Shown: one piece after another, positions 49,306-58,706 of the stretch
Layout of the letters: each line of letters begins with the position of its first letter
Position numbering within the stretch: position 1 is the first letter of the stretch
Virus record (IMG/VR): IMGVR_UViG_3300009514_000019
Span: 3,845-67,844 of that record
DNA: 64,000 nt
Strand: one strand, 5' to 3'
From: a virus
Translations under genes and position numbers: made by a program
Notes under the pieces: model-generated
Seen by the model: the letters and a program-made list of their open reading frames with translations, nothing else
Database searches by the model: none
What the model was told of the DNA's origin: nothing

Positions 49306-50602
49306 TCCACATTCCTTTTGCTACTTGGAAAATTTCCCCAAAAAGTTGTTCGTCATTTCCATATTTAGGTCGATTAATGATATAATCAGGTACGCATACT
49401 ATTTCCGCTAGTTTTTTAAGTGTGGCTTTCTCCGACTCAACTACACAACTCATTACATATTTAGCAAACTGATAACCCAAGTAAGGCATACGATACTCTT
49501 TGCCGAACGCCATTCCGCCCCTATCAACTCGGTCAAGGTTAATTGCCCGCATGGACTTAATACAGGATTGTCGTTCCACTCCCCTTGAAATAGAACTTAA
49601 ACCTCTGAATTGTGGGTATCCTGCAAATAGCTCATCAGCCCCTTCACCGGAAATGATTACTTTTGATTTTGCAAACTGTGCAACATACCAATTCCTGATG
49701 TATCCCCGGAACTTTACTTCATTTGGTATTGGGTCTTCCAAATGATATAACATCTTTGGCAAATCCTTTAGTATTTGCTCCTTGCTTACAACCCATATTT
49801 CATGCTTGATGTTATTTTCTTTTGCAAATTTTGCTGCATACCAAAGGTCATCCCCTCCAACAAAACTTACAGTATGTGCATTTATTTTTAACCCCAAATC
49901 CTTCATCATTTTTACTAAAACACTACTATCTAAACCCCCACTTAATGCAACATCATACCCTACCTCAGTGTGTGAACACCTACTTTTCACACTATCCCTT
50001 AGCAATGCCCAAGCAACTTCCTCATTAAAAAGTCCTGAGTTTATTGATAACTCCCTACCTGTGTCCGAACTTATGCTATCATATTTACCATCCAATGCAA
50101 ATACTTTCACTTGATTTGGAAATAATTCAATAGCTTTGCAGCCTTGTGCAAGTGCTTGCACTCGTTTTTCCGAACTAATAATCAATCGGTATTTTGAGTC
50201 CCACCCATAGTACAACGGACAGATTCCCCATTGATCTCGTAACATTGTAACACAATTCTTTTGTGTGTCAATGATTACTATTGCATACTGACCTTCTAAT
50301 AGGTGTTGAAAGTTCCTACCAGTTTTATATGCCGCTACAATGAAGTCAAGTTCTTTATCGAAGCCATTTGCCTTTGTATTGTATATTTCACCGTTAAACA
50401 ATACTATTAAATTGTCCTTGACAAAGGGCTGGTTTGAGTATTCAGACAGGTCATTGATAGCCAATCGGCAATGCCCTGCTGCAAACTTTTTAGTAATGTA
50501 GGTAGCATGGTAATCTGGCCCCCTATGTTTTATTGAAGCAAGGAGGGTATCAATTTCAATATTATTTGTTGTTTCCCCGATAATACATACTATTCCACAC
50601 AT
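49295..50602 (-). CDS. Asparagine-synthetase-B-like glutamine amidotransferase
   Basis: MCGI, HRGPD, RLAI, QP, NGEIYN, LSGGLDSS, SGEGADELFAGY. Confidence 0.88.
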   Translation of the reverse strand: MCGIVCIIGETTNNIEIDTLLASIKHRGPDYHATYITKKFAAGHCRLAINDLSEYSNQPFVKDNLIVLFNGEIYNTKANGFDKELDFIVAAYKTGRNFQHLLEGQYAIVIIDTQKNCVTMLRDQWGICPLYYGWDSKYRLIISSEKRVQALAQGCKAIELFPNQVKVFALDGKYDSISSDTGRELSINSGLFNEEVAWALLRDSVKSRCSHTEVGYDVALSGGLDSSVLVKMMKDLGLKINAHTVSFVGGDDLWYAAKFAKENNIKHEIWVVSKEQILKDLPKMLYHLEDPIPNEVKFRGYIRNWYVAQFAKSKVIISGEGADELFAGYPQFRGLSSISRGVERQSCIKSMRAINLDRVDRGGMAFGKEYRMPYLGYQFAKYVMSCVVESEKATLKKLAEIVCVPDYIINRPKYGNDEQLFGEIFQVAKGMWNVN

Positions 50603-50603
50603 G

Positions 50604-51230
50604 TTATTTAATCCTTAATTTTTTCATCATTTTCATCTTTTTCTTACAATGCACGCAGACACCACATTGTTCCTTACCACCTTCGTAACATGTCCAAGAT
50701 TTGCTAATGACTTCTGGGTCTACAGCATGGTAACTTACTAGTATGTCCTCCCTACTCATATCACTAAATGGGCACGTTAGCCGAATGCCTTTATATTTAT
50801 CCTGTAAATAGGAGTCCACATAGTTATTAAAGGCGTCAACAAATGTTTGTTTAGCATCTTCAAATTTTGAGCCAACAGGTTCCTTGTGAAATCCTGTGTA
50901 AATCCATTTTGCCCCTATTGTACAAGCATATGTGACCGCCATAGAAATAAAAATAGCATTCCGACCCTCTAGTACATTTTTATTAGCATGAACGCTTACT
51001 GAGTTACCTTTCAGTATTGCACAATTAGCCAGTGACCCAATGTCAACCTTTACTACTTTCAGTGGTACGTTGTATTTATTACAAAAGTAACTACAACTCC
51101 TTAATTCTCCTTCAACAGCTTTTTGACCATAATTAAAGAAAAGTGCATTTAGTGGCACTCTGTGTGTAGCCAACCTGGCTAGTAAATATGTGGAATCTAG
51201 TCCACCACCTAACAAAATAATTGATTTCAT
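50604..51230 (-). CDS. queC: 7-cyano-7-deazaguanine synthase
   Basis: GGGLDS PP-loop, YGQ, GRN, TCY...CGVCVHC zinc site. Confidence 0.85.
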   Translation of the reverse strand: MKSIILLGGGLDSTYLLARLATHRVPLNALFFNYGQKAVEGELRSCSYFCNKYNVPLKVVKVDIGSLANCAILKGNSVSVHANKNVLEGRNAIFISMAVTYACTIGAKWIYTGFHKEPVGSKFEDAKQTFVDAFNNYVDSYLQDKYKGIRLTCPFSDMSREDILVSYHAVDPEVISKSWTCYEGGKEQCGVCVHCKKKMKMMKKLRIK

Positions 51231-51357
51231 CGTATTTTCATCCAAATTGTGTAAAACACTTTATATAAGATTATGGATAGCTCAACTACTTGTGCAAATG
51301 TTTCCAATATAACCTGCATGTTAAACTCCTTTATATGTGCAAGTACTTGCACTAACC

Positions 51358-51831
51358 CTATTTGCGTGTCCTATAGTTTATGACTGAAAAAGTACCTACT
51401 TTTGCTTGCTCACCAAATATGAGTATGCAGATTGGCAACCACACACCACGCAATGCCTCGTTGAAATTTACTTCTCCATTAATAAACCGAATTTCTGCAT
51501 CCACACATACCTCAGCCCACCATTTTGTATTGCTCCTCACCGGGATTAAGCATACTTTTGTCCCACCACGCAACTTACTTTCCTTGTGTGCTTTGAGCAC
51601 CCATTTTCCTATATCACTGCAAAATGGAGGATTCATCCAACAATTTCCAAACCAATACCGAGGTAATGCATCATCATGCTTTGTCCAATACTTAGGGCAC
51701 TTATGATTTAATTTACTTGCACAAACATCCCAAATAAGGTCAAACTCCTGTATTAGTGGCCTCACTAAAACTAAAGGTGTGGAATATTCAATACTATTAC
51801 TCTTGAATTCATTTTGTGCTCCAATTCCCAT
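51358..51831 (-). CDS. Phage DNA N6-adenine methyltransferase (Dam-type family)
   Basis: TP...DVCAS...WMNPPF...LIP.R..T.WW...IRFI.G...F. Confidence 0.85.
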   Translation of the reverse strand: MGIGAQNEFKSNSIEYSTPLVLVRPLIQEFDLIWDVCASKLNHKCPKYWTKHDDALPRYWFGNCWMNPPFCSDIGKWVLKAHKESKLRGGTKVCLIPVRSNTKWWAEVCVDAEIRFINGEVNFNEALRGVWLPICILIFGEQAKVGTFSVINYRTRK

Positions 51832-51867
51832 ACCATTCCCTACATTAACGTGATGCAAGTACTTGCA

Positions 51868-52269
51868 CTATTCAAGTGTGCCAAAAATACGATTTACCTG
51901 CTGACGTGTGTATAATACTGGTGCAGGTTCTTCAATTGTTACTTCAATTCCACCAATACTCATTTCCTGTACACTACAATAATCCAAATTACAATTATCA
52001 ATCAACAGTTGAGCTAGGTCAATGCAGCTATTTCGCTCAAGGTTAAAAAATCCATATTTATGGTCAGTGAAATAATCCTTTATGAATGTTTCACAATCCT
52101 CACGAAAATTATGGGCTGACCAACTAACTGGCACTTGAGTTAACTTACGCTTACACTTGAATAAGAATGTGTGGCAATGTTCAACACACTCTATGTCCGC
52201 AGTAAGCGGCGGTGTGGGGTTACTATGCACACCTTTTATTTCAAATTCACACACCTCATACATATTCAT
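51868..52269 (-). CDS. QueD-like (T-fold-like) protein
   Basis: FEIKGVH...HCHTF...SC..LA...V.E pattern loosely parallels QueD; inside the modification cluster. Confidence 0.4.
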   Translation of the reverse strand: MNMYEVCEFEIKGVHSNPTPPLTADIECVEHCHTFLFKCKRKLTQVPVSWSAHNFREDCETFIKDYFTDHKYGFFNLERNSCIDLAQLLIDNCNLDYCSVQEMSIGGIEVTIEEPAPVLYTRQQVNRIFGTLE

Positions 52270-52274
52270 ATTTT

Positions 52275-53033
52275 TCACACCTTTATTTTGTAATTTGGAT
52301 CGCGTATACGTTCCAACTCTTTCCTCCAAATCCACTCACTGTATCGCTCACGTTTTTGATGTTCAACAACCTCCACCCACAAATCACTGTCGACACCTTT
52401 CCTCATTTTACTTTTCAAGTGAACTTGTGACCCTGTGTACCCACAAAATTGTCCAAAACGTCCGGGAGCAGTGGCCCAACTACTTGCATCCACACTATCA
52501 AAAGGGGCTGCTGCAAGCATCTTTGCAGAAGCCATTGCTAATCCGTGTATTTTTATCCCTCCATATTTTTTCCATATATATGCAAATGTTTGTTGTACCC
52601 ATCCTACTCGGTCTTTGCTTGTGCAAGCTACTGCAATTTTTTTACAAGGGGTGTGCTCTACACACCAATGTAAATAACTAACAGGCTCCCCCGCATGGTA
52701 AATAGGCATCACAGGAACACCCGCTGCCCATATTTTTAATGTGTTTTCTTGGGATTTCCTCCAATTACCTATCTCATCCAAGCTAAATATCTCTGCTGTT
52801 GGATTTTGTTTACCTACTTGAATGAATTTATTTATATCTATTGTTTTACCACTGCGAAAAACTGAAAAAGCACCACTATCTATTTGAAGGTTGCTTATGT
52901 TAATTCCGGGTTTACTTACTAAAAATTGATCCCATATTGCATAGGATGCCAATAAATTAACAGGAGCATCCTTTACATGCTTGTGTAACGTGGCAACTCC
53001 TGCTGAACTCCAAGCTAAGTATACAAGGGCCAC
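52275..53033 (-). CDS. TGT-fold DpdA-like deazaguanine DNA transglycosylase candidate
   Basis: IDSGAFS, LDEIG, PIYH.GE, IHGLA, FDSVDASSW; adjacent to the preQ0 genes. Confidence 0.7.
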   Translation of the reverse strand: MALVYLAWSSAGVATLHKHVKDAPVNLLASYAIWDQFLVSKPGINISNLQIDSGAFSVFRSGKTIDINKFIQVGKQNPTAEIFSLDEIGNWRKSQENTLKIWAAGVPVMPIYHAGEPVSYLHWCVEHTPCKKIAVACTSKDRVGWVQQTFAYIWKKYGGIKIHGLAMASAKMLAAAPFDSVDASSWATAPGRFGQFCGYTGSQVHLKSKMRKGVDSDLWVEVVEHQKRERYSEWIWRKELERIRDPNYKIKV

Positions 53034-53037
53034 AAAT

Positions 53038-53184
53038 TTATTCCTTAGTGCAAGTGCTTGCACACGCAGTTTTGAGCCAAGTTAAAATACGAACGAGGAG
53101 GCTGGGGATTTCCTGGAATGTGAAATCTTTTGGAACCTCTACAGTAACGAACCTTAATTTACCTAAAGGTATGTGAACTTTCAT
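53038..53184 (-). CDS. 48-aa hypothetical protein (below the ORF-track cutoff)
   Basis: MKVHIPLG...CASTCTKE fills the gap between the ParB-like and DpdA-like genes. Confidence 0.45.
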   Translation of the reverse strand: MKVHIPLGKLRFVTVEVPKDFTFQEIPSLLVRILTWLKTACASTCTKE

Positions 53185-53187
53185 AGC

Positions 53188-53868
53188 TCATTCTTCCTGG
53201 TCCATATTATTATTTGTAAATTTTTCACAAATAATTGCTAAACACTCTGCCGGTGCAATACTAAAGTCAGACATTTCAGTTCGTAGCTTATTTAATGCCT
53301 GATCTATAAATGGTTTTTGTGATAGATTAAATTGTAGGGTCAATCCACGGCTGTCTAAGTCTTTGTCACCTTTTGCTTTTTCTGGTGGCGTGCCTAGTGC
53401 ATTGTCATCCGCTTCTGGTAAATGCATCTCTGCTGACAGCAAGGGGGCTAATTCATGCTCCTGGAATCCTGTTAAAGCTAGTAAATTACTATCTTCAGCG
53501 TATTGTAATTCCTGCAAAGCTAATGTTAATTTACTGTAGTCAAAATCAGACAACCTACCTGTTTTGTTAAGTGTGATCGCAAGTGCTTTTACCTGATCCT
53601 CATCACCTTCTACGGCATGTGCCCAAAATGTGGACCAACCCTTTTCTTTCATTTTACGAAGGCGACCATTGCCTCCAATCACCTTCTTATTCTTCAAATC
53701 CACCACAAGTGTTTCGACTTGCCCAAATTGGTCTAAACTATTGCCTGTTGCTGTTAAATCTACCTCACTATGTGCATTTACATTATCCTCATCCTCAACA
53801 AAGTCAGCAACATTAAATTGCTGCGGGTCATGTACCTTAAATCCGGGTAAACTAGGTAAACCTTTCAT
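53188..53868 (-). CDS. ParB/Srx N-terminal-domain protein
   Basis: N.N.H, SL.QFGQVE.LVV, VIGGNGRL, LALTGF..EL. Confidence 0.8.
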   Translation of the reverse strand: MKGLPSLPGFKVHDPQQFNVADFVEDEDNVNAHSEVDLTATGNSLDQFGQVETLVVDLKNKKVIGGNGRLRKMKEKGWSTFWAHAVEGDEDQVKALAITLNKTGRLSDFDYSKLTLALQELQYAEDSNLLALTGFQEHELAPLLSAEMHLPEADDNALGTPPEKAKGDKDLDSRGLTLQFNLSQKPFIDQALNKLRTEMSDFSIAPAECLAIICEKFTNNNMDQEE

Positions 53869-53869
53869 A

Positions 53870-54409
53870 TTACTGTACTCTCCAATTCCATTGTGATGCC
53901 CACCACTCTTCCAACGTCATTAATTTTAATGTGGTAGGCGTGTGGTAAATTAGCTGTGAACTTGTTCCCTGTATGGCGGTTGTCACCAAAGGGCGGATAC
54001 TTTGTTGTAATAATTGTACTTCAAATTCCTCCGATTTTAATTCGCTGAATATCAATACCTTGAGTTTGTATGTAACTACGTTATTCAACAAATAAATATA
54101 GGATAATACATGCTCCTTCAGCAAGTCAATAAAATCATAAGATAGCCCCAATCCACTGTGTTTTACGTCCATGTTGGGTATGCAGAAATAAACATGCGTA
54201 AATACTTTTTCCTTTATTTCAGGTAAATACTGTAACAGCAGTTTGGCTTCATCCACTTCATCCTTAAATTCATACCAAGTGCTTAAACAACATTCAAATA
54301 TTGGACCCTCATACTGAGGACTAATTTGAATCAACTCGCCAGGATAGTTTGCATTTATTTTATTTGCCAAAAAATTGTAATACGTCCCACTACCTAATAG
54401 TAGTTCCAT
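53870..54409 (-). CDS. Hypothetical protein
   Basis: 179-aa ORF, tightly packed. Confidence 0.7.
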   Translation of the reverse strand: MELLLGSGTYYNFLANKINANYPGELIQISPQYEGPIFECCLSTWYEFKDEVDEAKLLLQYLPEIKEKVFTHVYFCIPNMDVKHSGLGLSYDFIDLLKEHVLSYIYLLNNVVTYKLKVLIFSELKSEEFEVQLLQQSIRPLVTTAIQGTSSQLIYHTPTTLKLMTLEEWWASQWNWRVQ

Positions 54410-54816
54410 TATAGTGGCCTCGTTATTTTTTGTTGCACACCCGTTCCTGGCAATATGATTTTAGATTGTTCTTGTTTTTGTGATTGCTGCAATGCACCTA
54501 TAATATTGTCGGTGTGCTCCTCAAGTCCTTTGTGCAAGTACTTGCACAAACCTTCCTTCCATTGCCACAAAGCATCGGGCCGATCCAGCCTTGGAATTGG
54601 CTTAGGATGTTCTGCAAGGAACTCCCACATTTGAGTTAATTTGAATATTTCTAAATCCATTTGTACCTGCATAACACGTTGTGTTACCGCAAGTTGTGCT
54701 ATAAATGCAGGGTTTACTACTCCTTGTTGATTTGCTGGTAACTTTACATTTGCTAATAGAGGTACAATTTTTTCCATACAGGCATCAACAATGTTATCCA
54801 TTTCCATACTAATCAT
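54409..54816 (-). CDS. Hypothetical protein
   Basis: 135-aa ORF, tightly packed. Confidence 0.7.
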   Translation of the reverse strand: MISMEMDNIVDACMEKIVPLLANVKLPANQQGVVNPAFIAQLAVTQRVMQVQMDLEIFKLTQMWEFLAEHPKPIPRLDRPDALWQWKEGLCKYLHKGLEEHTDNIIGALQQSQKQEQSKIILPGTGVQQKITRPL

Positions 54817-55148
54817 CCTTTATCAAGTACTTTGCAGAGTTCAGGATTACTTGCTTTTATTCCTTCAATAGCAATTGCGGAAAGCCCTTTTAACCACTTC
54901 TCGCCTTCCTCCAATGCAATTTTTTCACGTTCTGGAGCACCTGCTTCATCAATAAGGATATGATAACAATTAGTTGACCTTTTTACAAGTGCTTTCAATA
55001 CTGGAACCCTGCCATCAAAGTCCGCACCGGCAAATACTTGCATTAGTTGCCCTATTAGTGGCTTTAGGGATTCCTCAAACTTCACTACTGCTTGACTTAT
55101 GTAGAGTTCTTTTTGTCGTTTATTGAAATCCTCAAAGTGTTTTGACAT
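54813..55148 (-). CDS. Hypothetical protein
   Basis: 111-aa ORF, tightly packed. Confidence 0.7.
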   Translation of the reverse strand: MSKHFEDFNKRQKELYISQAVVKFEESLKPLIGQLMQVFAGADFDGRVPVLKALVKRSTNCYHILIDEAGAPEREKIALEEGEKWLKGLSAIAIEGIKASNPELCKVLDKG

Positions 55149-55149
55149 A

Positions 55150-55743
55150 TTATTGTCCTAGTGTTTTATTCATATCCTTTATAAATTCATCACAAAATGC
55201 CTCAAGTGCTCCATTAAAATTGTCATCAAAATAATTAGTAACTGAGTAATCAGCTAACCTAGTTACTAGTCCATCACTTTCCCTAAAAACACCTTTGTTT
55301 GAATTGATTTTGAGTGTGCTTACGTGACCTTCAAACACATTGTGAATGTATTCATATTCACAATCGAATCTATAATCACTTATTACCGGAACATACAAGG
55401 CGTGTCCATAACTGCCTTGAACAATGTCATCACAACATTGTTTAATCCAAAAAGTTGGTTTCAATGTCCTAAAAAATTCACCAACTTTAATCCATAAGTC
55501 AACAACATTCCCTACCCCGACTAAAGGAAGTGCTTCATCCCTCAATTCAGGATGTATTTCATACTCCAGTCCTGACCTTGTGTTAAAGTACTTCCTACAA
55601 AATACTTTAAGGGGAAGTGCTATCGAAAATTGTTGTGCTTTAATACCTTTTTGTGCAAGTACTTGCACTATTTTTTGGGCTGCATAGTCCTTTCCCACGC
55701 GGGATTTATCTGCATGTATCATCAAAGGCCATGTAATATTCAT
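55150..55743 (-). CDS. Deoxynucleoside monophosphate kinase-like protein
   Basis: KSRVGKD P-loop, A.PLK, VISDYRF..E. Confidence 0.75.
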   Translation of the reverse strand: MNITWPLMIHADKSRVGKDYAAQKIVQVLAQKGIKAQQFSIALPLKVFCRKYFNTRSGLEYEIHPELRDEALPLVGVGNVVDLWIKVGEFFRTLKPTFWIKQCCDDIVQGSYGHALYVPVISDYRFDCEYEYIHNVFEGHVSTLKINSNKGVFRESDGLVTRLADYSVTNYFDDNFNGALEAFCDEFIKDMNKTLGQ

Positions 55744-56306
55744 TAAGCACCTTTCCTACTAATAAGGTCGTCTGCAACTTCCAAGTACTTTCGTAGATTT
55801 AAAACATGATAAAACACATCGAAGGTACTTGGGAATTTGTTATCCTTAACAAAATTATCATATACTTGTCGTAGTGACCTCAGTAAAGTTTCATAGTGTT
55901 CCAAGTACTTAATATTCTTTTTACTCATCCCTGCGGAATATTTATCAACTTCAAGTTTATCCGCTTGTCCTTGATAATATACTCGTAGCTTCTTAGTTGC
56001 ATCATTGTCATTTACTAATGTAGCTACTTTGGCCTTCAATGCATCAATTTGCATTTGAATTTGAGCTTGCTTAGTTTTCGCTTCTTGCTCATTGGTTTCA
56101 ACTGATTCCAACCTAATTGATTTTTCAACAATGCTTAACTCTACAACACAAGTTACTAATCGAACTAAAATATCCTCGACTTCTGGGAATTCCCTTAAAG
56201 TTAGTGCAATCTCTAGTTTTGCTTCTTCTCTCTTCAGTTTATTTAAGTATTTCTTAACATCATCCAAAGAATCATTTGCTACATCTAGTACTGCTTTTTT
56301 TGCCAT
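55743..56306 (-). CDS. Coiled-coil hypothetical protein
   Basis: 187-aa helical ORF with AAGGA RBS. Confidence 0.7.
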   Translation of the reverse strand: MAKKAVLDVANDSLDDVKKYLNKLKREEAKLEIALTLREFPEVEDILVRLVTCVVELSIVEKSIRLESVETNEQEAKTKQAQIQMQIDALKAKVATLVNDNDATKKLRVYYQGQADKLEVDKYSAGMSKKNIKYLEHYETLLRSLRQVYDNFVKDNKFPSTFDVFYHVLNLRKYLEVADDLISRKGA

Positions 56307-56307
56307 G

Positions 56308-56784
56308 TTAATTTTCCTTTGTTTTAACAGTCTTTATGAATTTACTCGTCATGTGCAACACATTTTTACTACTATTCCACTCTAACCATTGTTTTGTGTC
56401 CCCCCATTTTTCTTTATATTTTAGGAACCCTTTTGCTTTTGTAATGTTACTTGGGCATATGAAATCAATTGGCCTAATTGCTGGGTACAGCACATGTGCT
56501 GTAAAAAAATAACAGCGTATAGGTGGTTCAAAAATTTTATCATCACCTGTAAACAGGTGGAAATTTGAACCGTTATTTGGGGACAGCAGCAATCCTTTAC
56601 TATTTTCACTATCCCTGTAATAAAATACCCCAAGGCTTTGCAATAATTCCCTTGCTTTGTGTGCCGCTATTCCTTCAACACTGGTTTCATTAAAAAAGTA
56701 AGGATCATATCCCAGGCAAAATTGCTTCCTCAACCCATTGTCCCAGGAGTTCAGACTATACATTTCAATGTGTCGAGTACTCAT
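56308..56784 (-). CDS. Hypothetical protein
   Basis: 158-aa ORF. Confidence 0.65.
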   Translation of the reverse strand: MSTRHIEMYSLNSWDNGLRKQFCLGYDPYFFNETSVEGIAAHKARELLQSLGVFYYRDSENSKGLLLSPNNGSNFHLFTGDDKIFEPPIRCYFFTAHVLYPAIRPIDFICPSNITKAKGFLKYKEKWGDTKQWLEWNSSKNVLHMTSKFIKTVKTKEN

Positions 56785-57416
56785 TTTTTTCCTAGTTCAT
56801 TAAATAAAGACCTAGCAACGACTCCCCAAACTTTTCCAACTAACTTGCCTGCTTCAAAAAAGGGTGCTCCAGATACACCATATTGGGCACACATTTGATC
56901 TAGCTTTATGTCCAATTCACCAAGTTTATCAACTAATACTATCTCCCGATACAAGTAGCTTAGTATATTAGGTTTGTTCTTAGCTACATTATCCATGTAT
57001 TTACTACGCTTGCCGGCTACCTCAAATACCTGCTCAATGATACTGAATTGTTTGTTCCGAAGGTCGAGGAAATTTTCATTTTGTCGAATACTAATGTATG
57101 CTTGCGTTATTTGAATGCTCTGCCTAATGTTGTTTAAGTATTGCTCAATATGTTTTTTATCTACAATACTGTTCATTCGCAACTCGTCCACTACCTCATA
57201 TACCTTACTTCCAATTATTTGGTTACGTCGTTCCCTAATTATTCGAGTATTTTTTGGCAACCTTGTTGTGCAAGTACTTGCACTAATTTTATCTGCCCCA
57301 TTTACAATTATGTAAGGTTTTTTCCTAAGTTGTTCACATACCTGGTATAAGATATGCTTAGTTGTTTTTTGTTGTATTCCTACAACTACCATTATTTGTA
57401 TCCTTTCAAACTTCAA
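56781..57416 (-). CDS. Hypothetical basic protein
   Basis: 211-aa ORF. Confidence 0.65.
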   Translation of the reverse strand: MKFERIQIMVVVGIQQKTTKHILYQVCEQLRKKPYIIVNGADKISASTCTTRLPKNTRIIRERRNQIIGSKVYEVVDELRMNSIVDKKHIEQYLNNIRQSIQITQAYISIRQNENFLDLRNKQFSIIEQVFEVAGKRSKYMDNVAKNKPNILSYLYREIVLVDKLGELDIKLDQMCAQYGVSGAPFFEAGKLVGKVWGVVARSLFNELGKK

Positions 57417-57966
57417 ACAAGGAGTACTCTTCCTCTTTTACAGGTATGCTTTCTTGCTTCATTTCAATTAGTTGTAATAGTCGTTGACACCTTACTAAAG
57501 GCCGTTCCAAACCTATTGTTGAGATAGTGTACTTTTCAAGTACCTTTTTTAAATCCCTTGACAACACTTCCCCATATTTGCCTGATAAGTAACTTCGCAT
57601 ATCTAATTTGTACGCCCAATACAATGCCTCCATATGTTTACTCTGATTTAATCCCAACTGAACTGCGTACATTATATTATGCCCTGACCATCCGGTCAAG
57701 TCAGCCTGTTGGCAAAATTGTGATAACCCTGCGAATACTTCAAATAGCCCTGGGGCTACTTCGACCTCGACTTTCTCAATTCCATAATCCTTCCAAGTTG
57801 CTTCCGGCCAACTATCTATTTCACTTAACCTAACTATTGACTCATGTTTACCTATCAACATGTTTTTATTATTTAGCCTGATTGCCCCCACTTCTATAAT
57901 CCCAATAGGATTAAGTGGGTTTCCAACTAAATTTACATCCATTACTACCCAATCACCTTTAAACAT
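57406..57966 (-). CDS. DnaQ/DEDDh exonuclease-fold protein with a degenerate active site
   Basis: VVMD....G...IIEVGAI, GI......AP...V, LD; ExoI Glu, ExoII Asp and ExoIII His/Asp not evident. Confidence 0.6.
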   Translation of the reverse strand: MFKGDWVVMDVNLVGNPLNPIGIIEVGAIRLNNKNMLIGKHESIVRLSEIDSWPEATWKDYGIEKVEVEVAPGLFEVFAGLSQFCQQADLTGWSGHNIMYAVQLGLNQSKHMEALYWAYKLDMRSYLSGKYGEVLSRDLKKVLEKYTISTIGLERPLVRCQRLLQLIEMKQESIPVKEEEYSLFEV

Positions 57967-57976
57967 ATTAGTTACC

Positions 57977-58252
57977 TTAAATTATTTTCTTTGCAGCATC
58001 ATATACACCACGGCTAACTACAAACATGTGGTCTAGTAATTGGTCATTAGGTATTAACGTAATCCCTGCTTTTAGTAATGTTTCAGCAACTTTAATACGA
58101 TGTTCTTTGATTAATTTTTGACCTGTTAATGCACTCACTTCCAAAGAAGCCTTAAATGCCCTTTCCAAAGTGTCCGCACCAATTGTCCTGTCAACAGTGT
58201 TTAATGGCATGTTATTTCCTTTTTTAAAACCTACTTCGTAATTGAACTGCAA
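57977..58252 (-). CDS. Hypothetical protein
   Basis: ORF in operon; true start probably the internal MPLN. Confidence 0.55.
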   Translation of the reverse strand: MQFNYEVGFKKGNNMPLNTVDRTIGADTLERAFKASLEVSALTGQKLIKEHRIKVAETLLKAGITLIPNDQLLDHMFVVSRGVYDAAKKII

Positions 58253-58706
58253 AATTTACAATTAATTGGTCAGGGACTTCTACGCCCACAACTTTGTATT
58301 TTGTAACTTCAATTTTTCCCCAATGTCGATCATCTACAAGGATTTTTGTAATTAGCTCTTGTTTGAATCCTCCATCGGTGTGTGCAAGTAAATCCTTACT
58401 AAATGATGTGTATACAGTAAATTGTACTGTTTTTTCCTTATGTAACTTAGTAGCTAGTTCTAACCAAGGGATTGGTGGGGTTACGGGGTATCCTGGCATT
58501 TGATGTAAACATTCCCTAGCATAGTAATCTTCATAGTCGATATTTTTAGTAAAAGCCTCGACTTTTTGTGGCCGTGTTCCTAGCCATGTCGTGATTTTGA
58601 TATGTGTTCCATCAACTTGGCTAATCCTAATTGGTTTTGGATTTTTTTGATATTCCTTTGCGGGAACATCCACGAAGTACTTCAAATTTCTATACCTAAA
58701 ATACAT
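58224..58706 (-). CDS. Hypothetical protein
   Basis: 160 aa, GAGGAGG RBS. Confidence 0.7.
   Translation of the reverse strand: MYFRYRNLKYFVDVPAKEYQKNPKPIRISQVDGTHIKITTWLGTRPQKVEAFTKNIDYEDYYARECLHQMPGYPVTPPIPWLELATKLHKEKTVQFTVYTSFSKDLLAHTDGGFKQELITKILVDDRHWGKIEVTKYKVVGVEVPDQLIVNFAVQLRSRF

Noticed and set aside
3081-51870. TAG stop-codon reassignment, suggested by the many TAG stops next to palindromes
   Set aside because: Genes are full length and densely packed under the standard code, and the TAG stops are followed by an RBS and a new start.
12682-53063. ORF-track N-termini such as MQALAL, MQVLA and MWVSASTCT as a shared signal peptide
   Set aside because: They arise from GTG/ATG codons in or near the palindrome. 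RBS-supported starts lie downstream, with RNase H the exception.
76-58390. Half-sites and multi-mismatch palindrome-like sequences (e.g. 76-91, about 24822, 55030, 58382)
   Set aside because: Too degenerate to separate from chance by eye, so they are excluded from the copy count.
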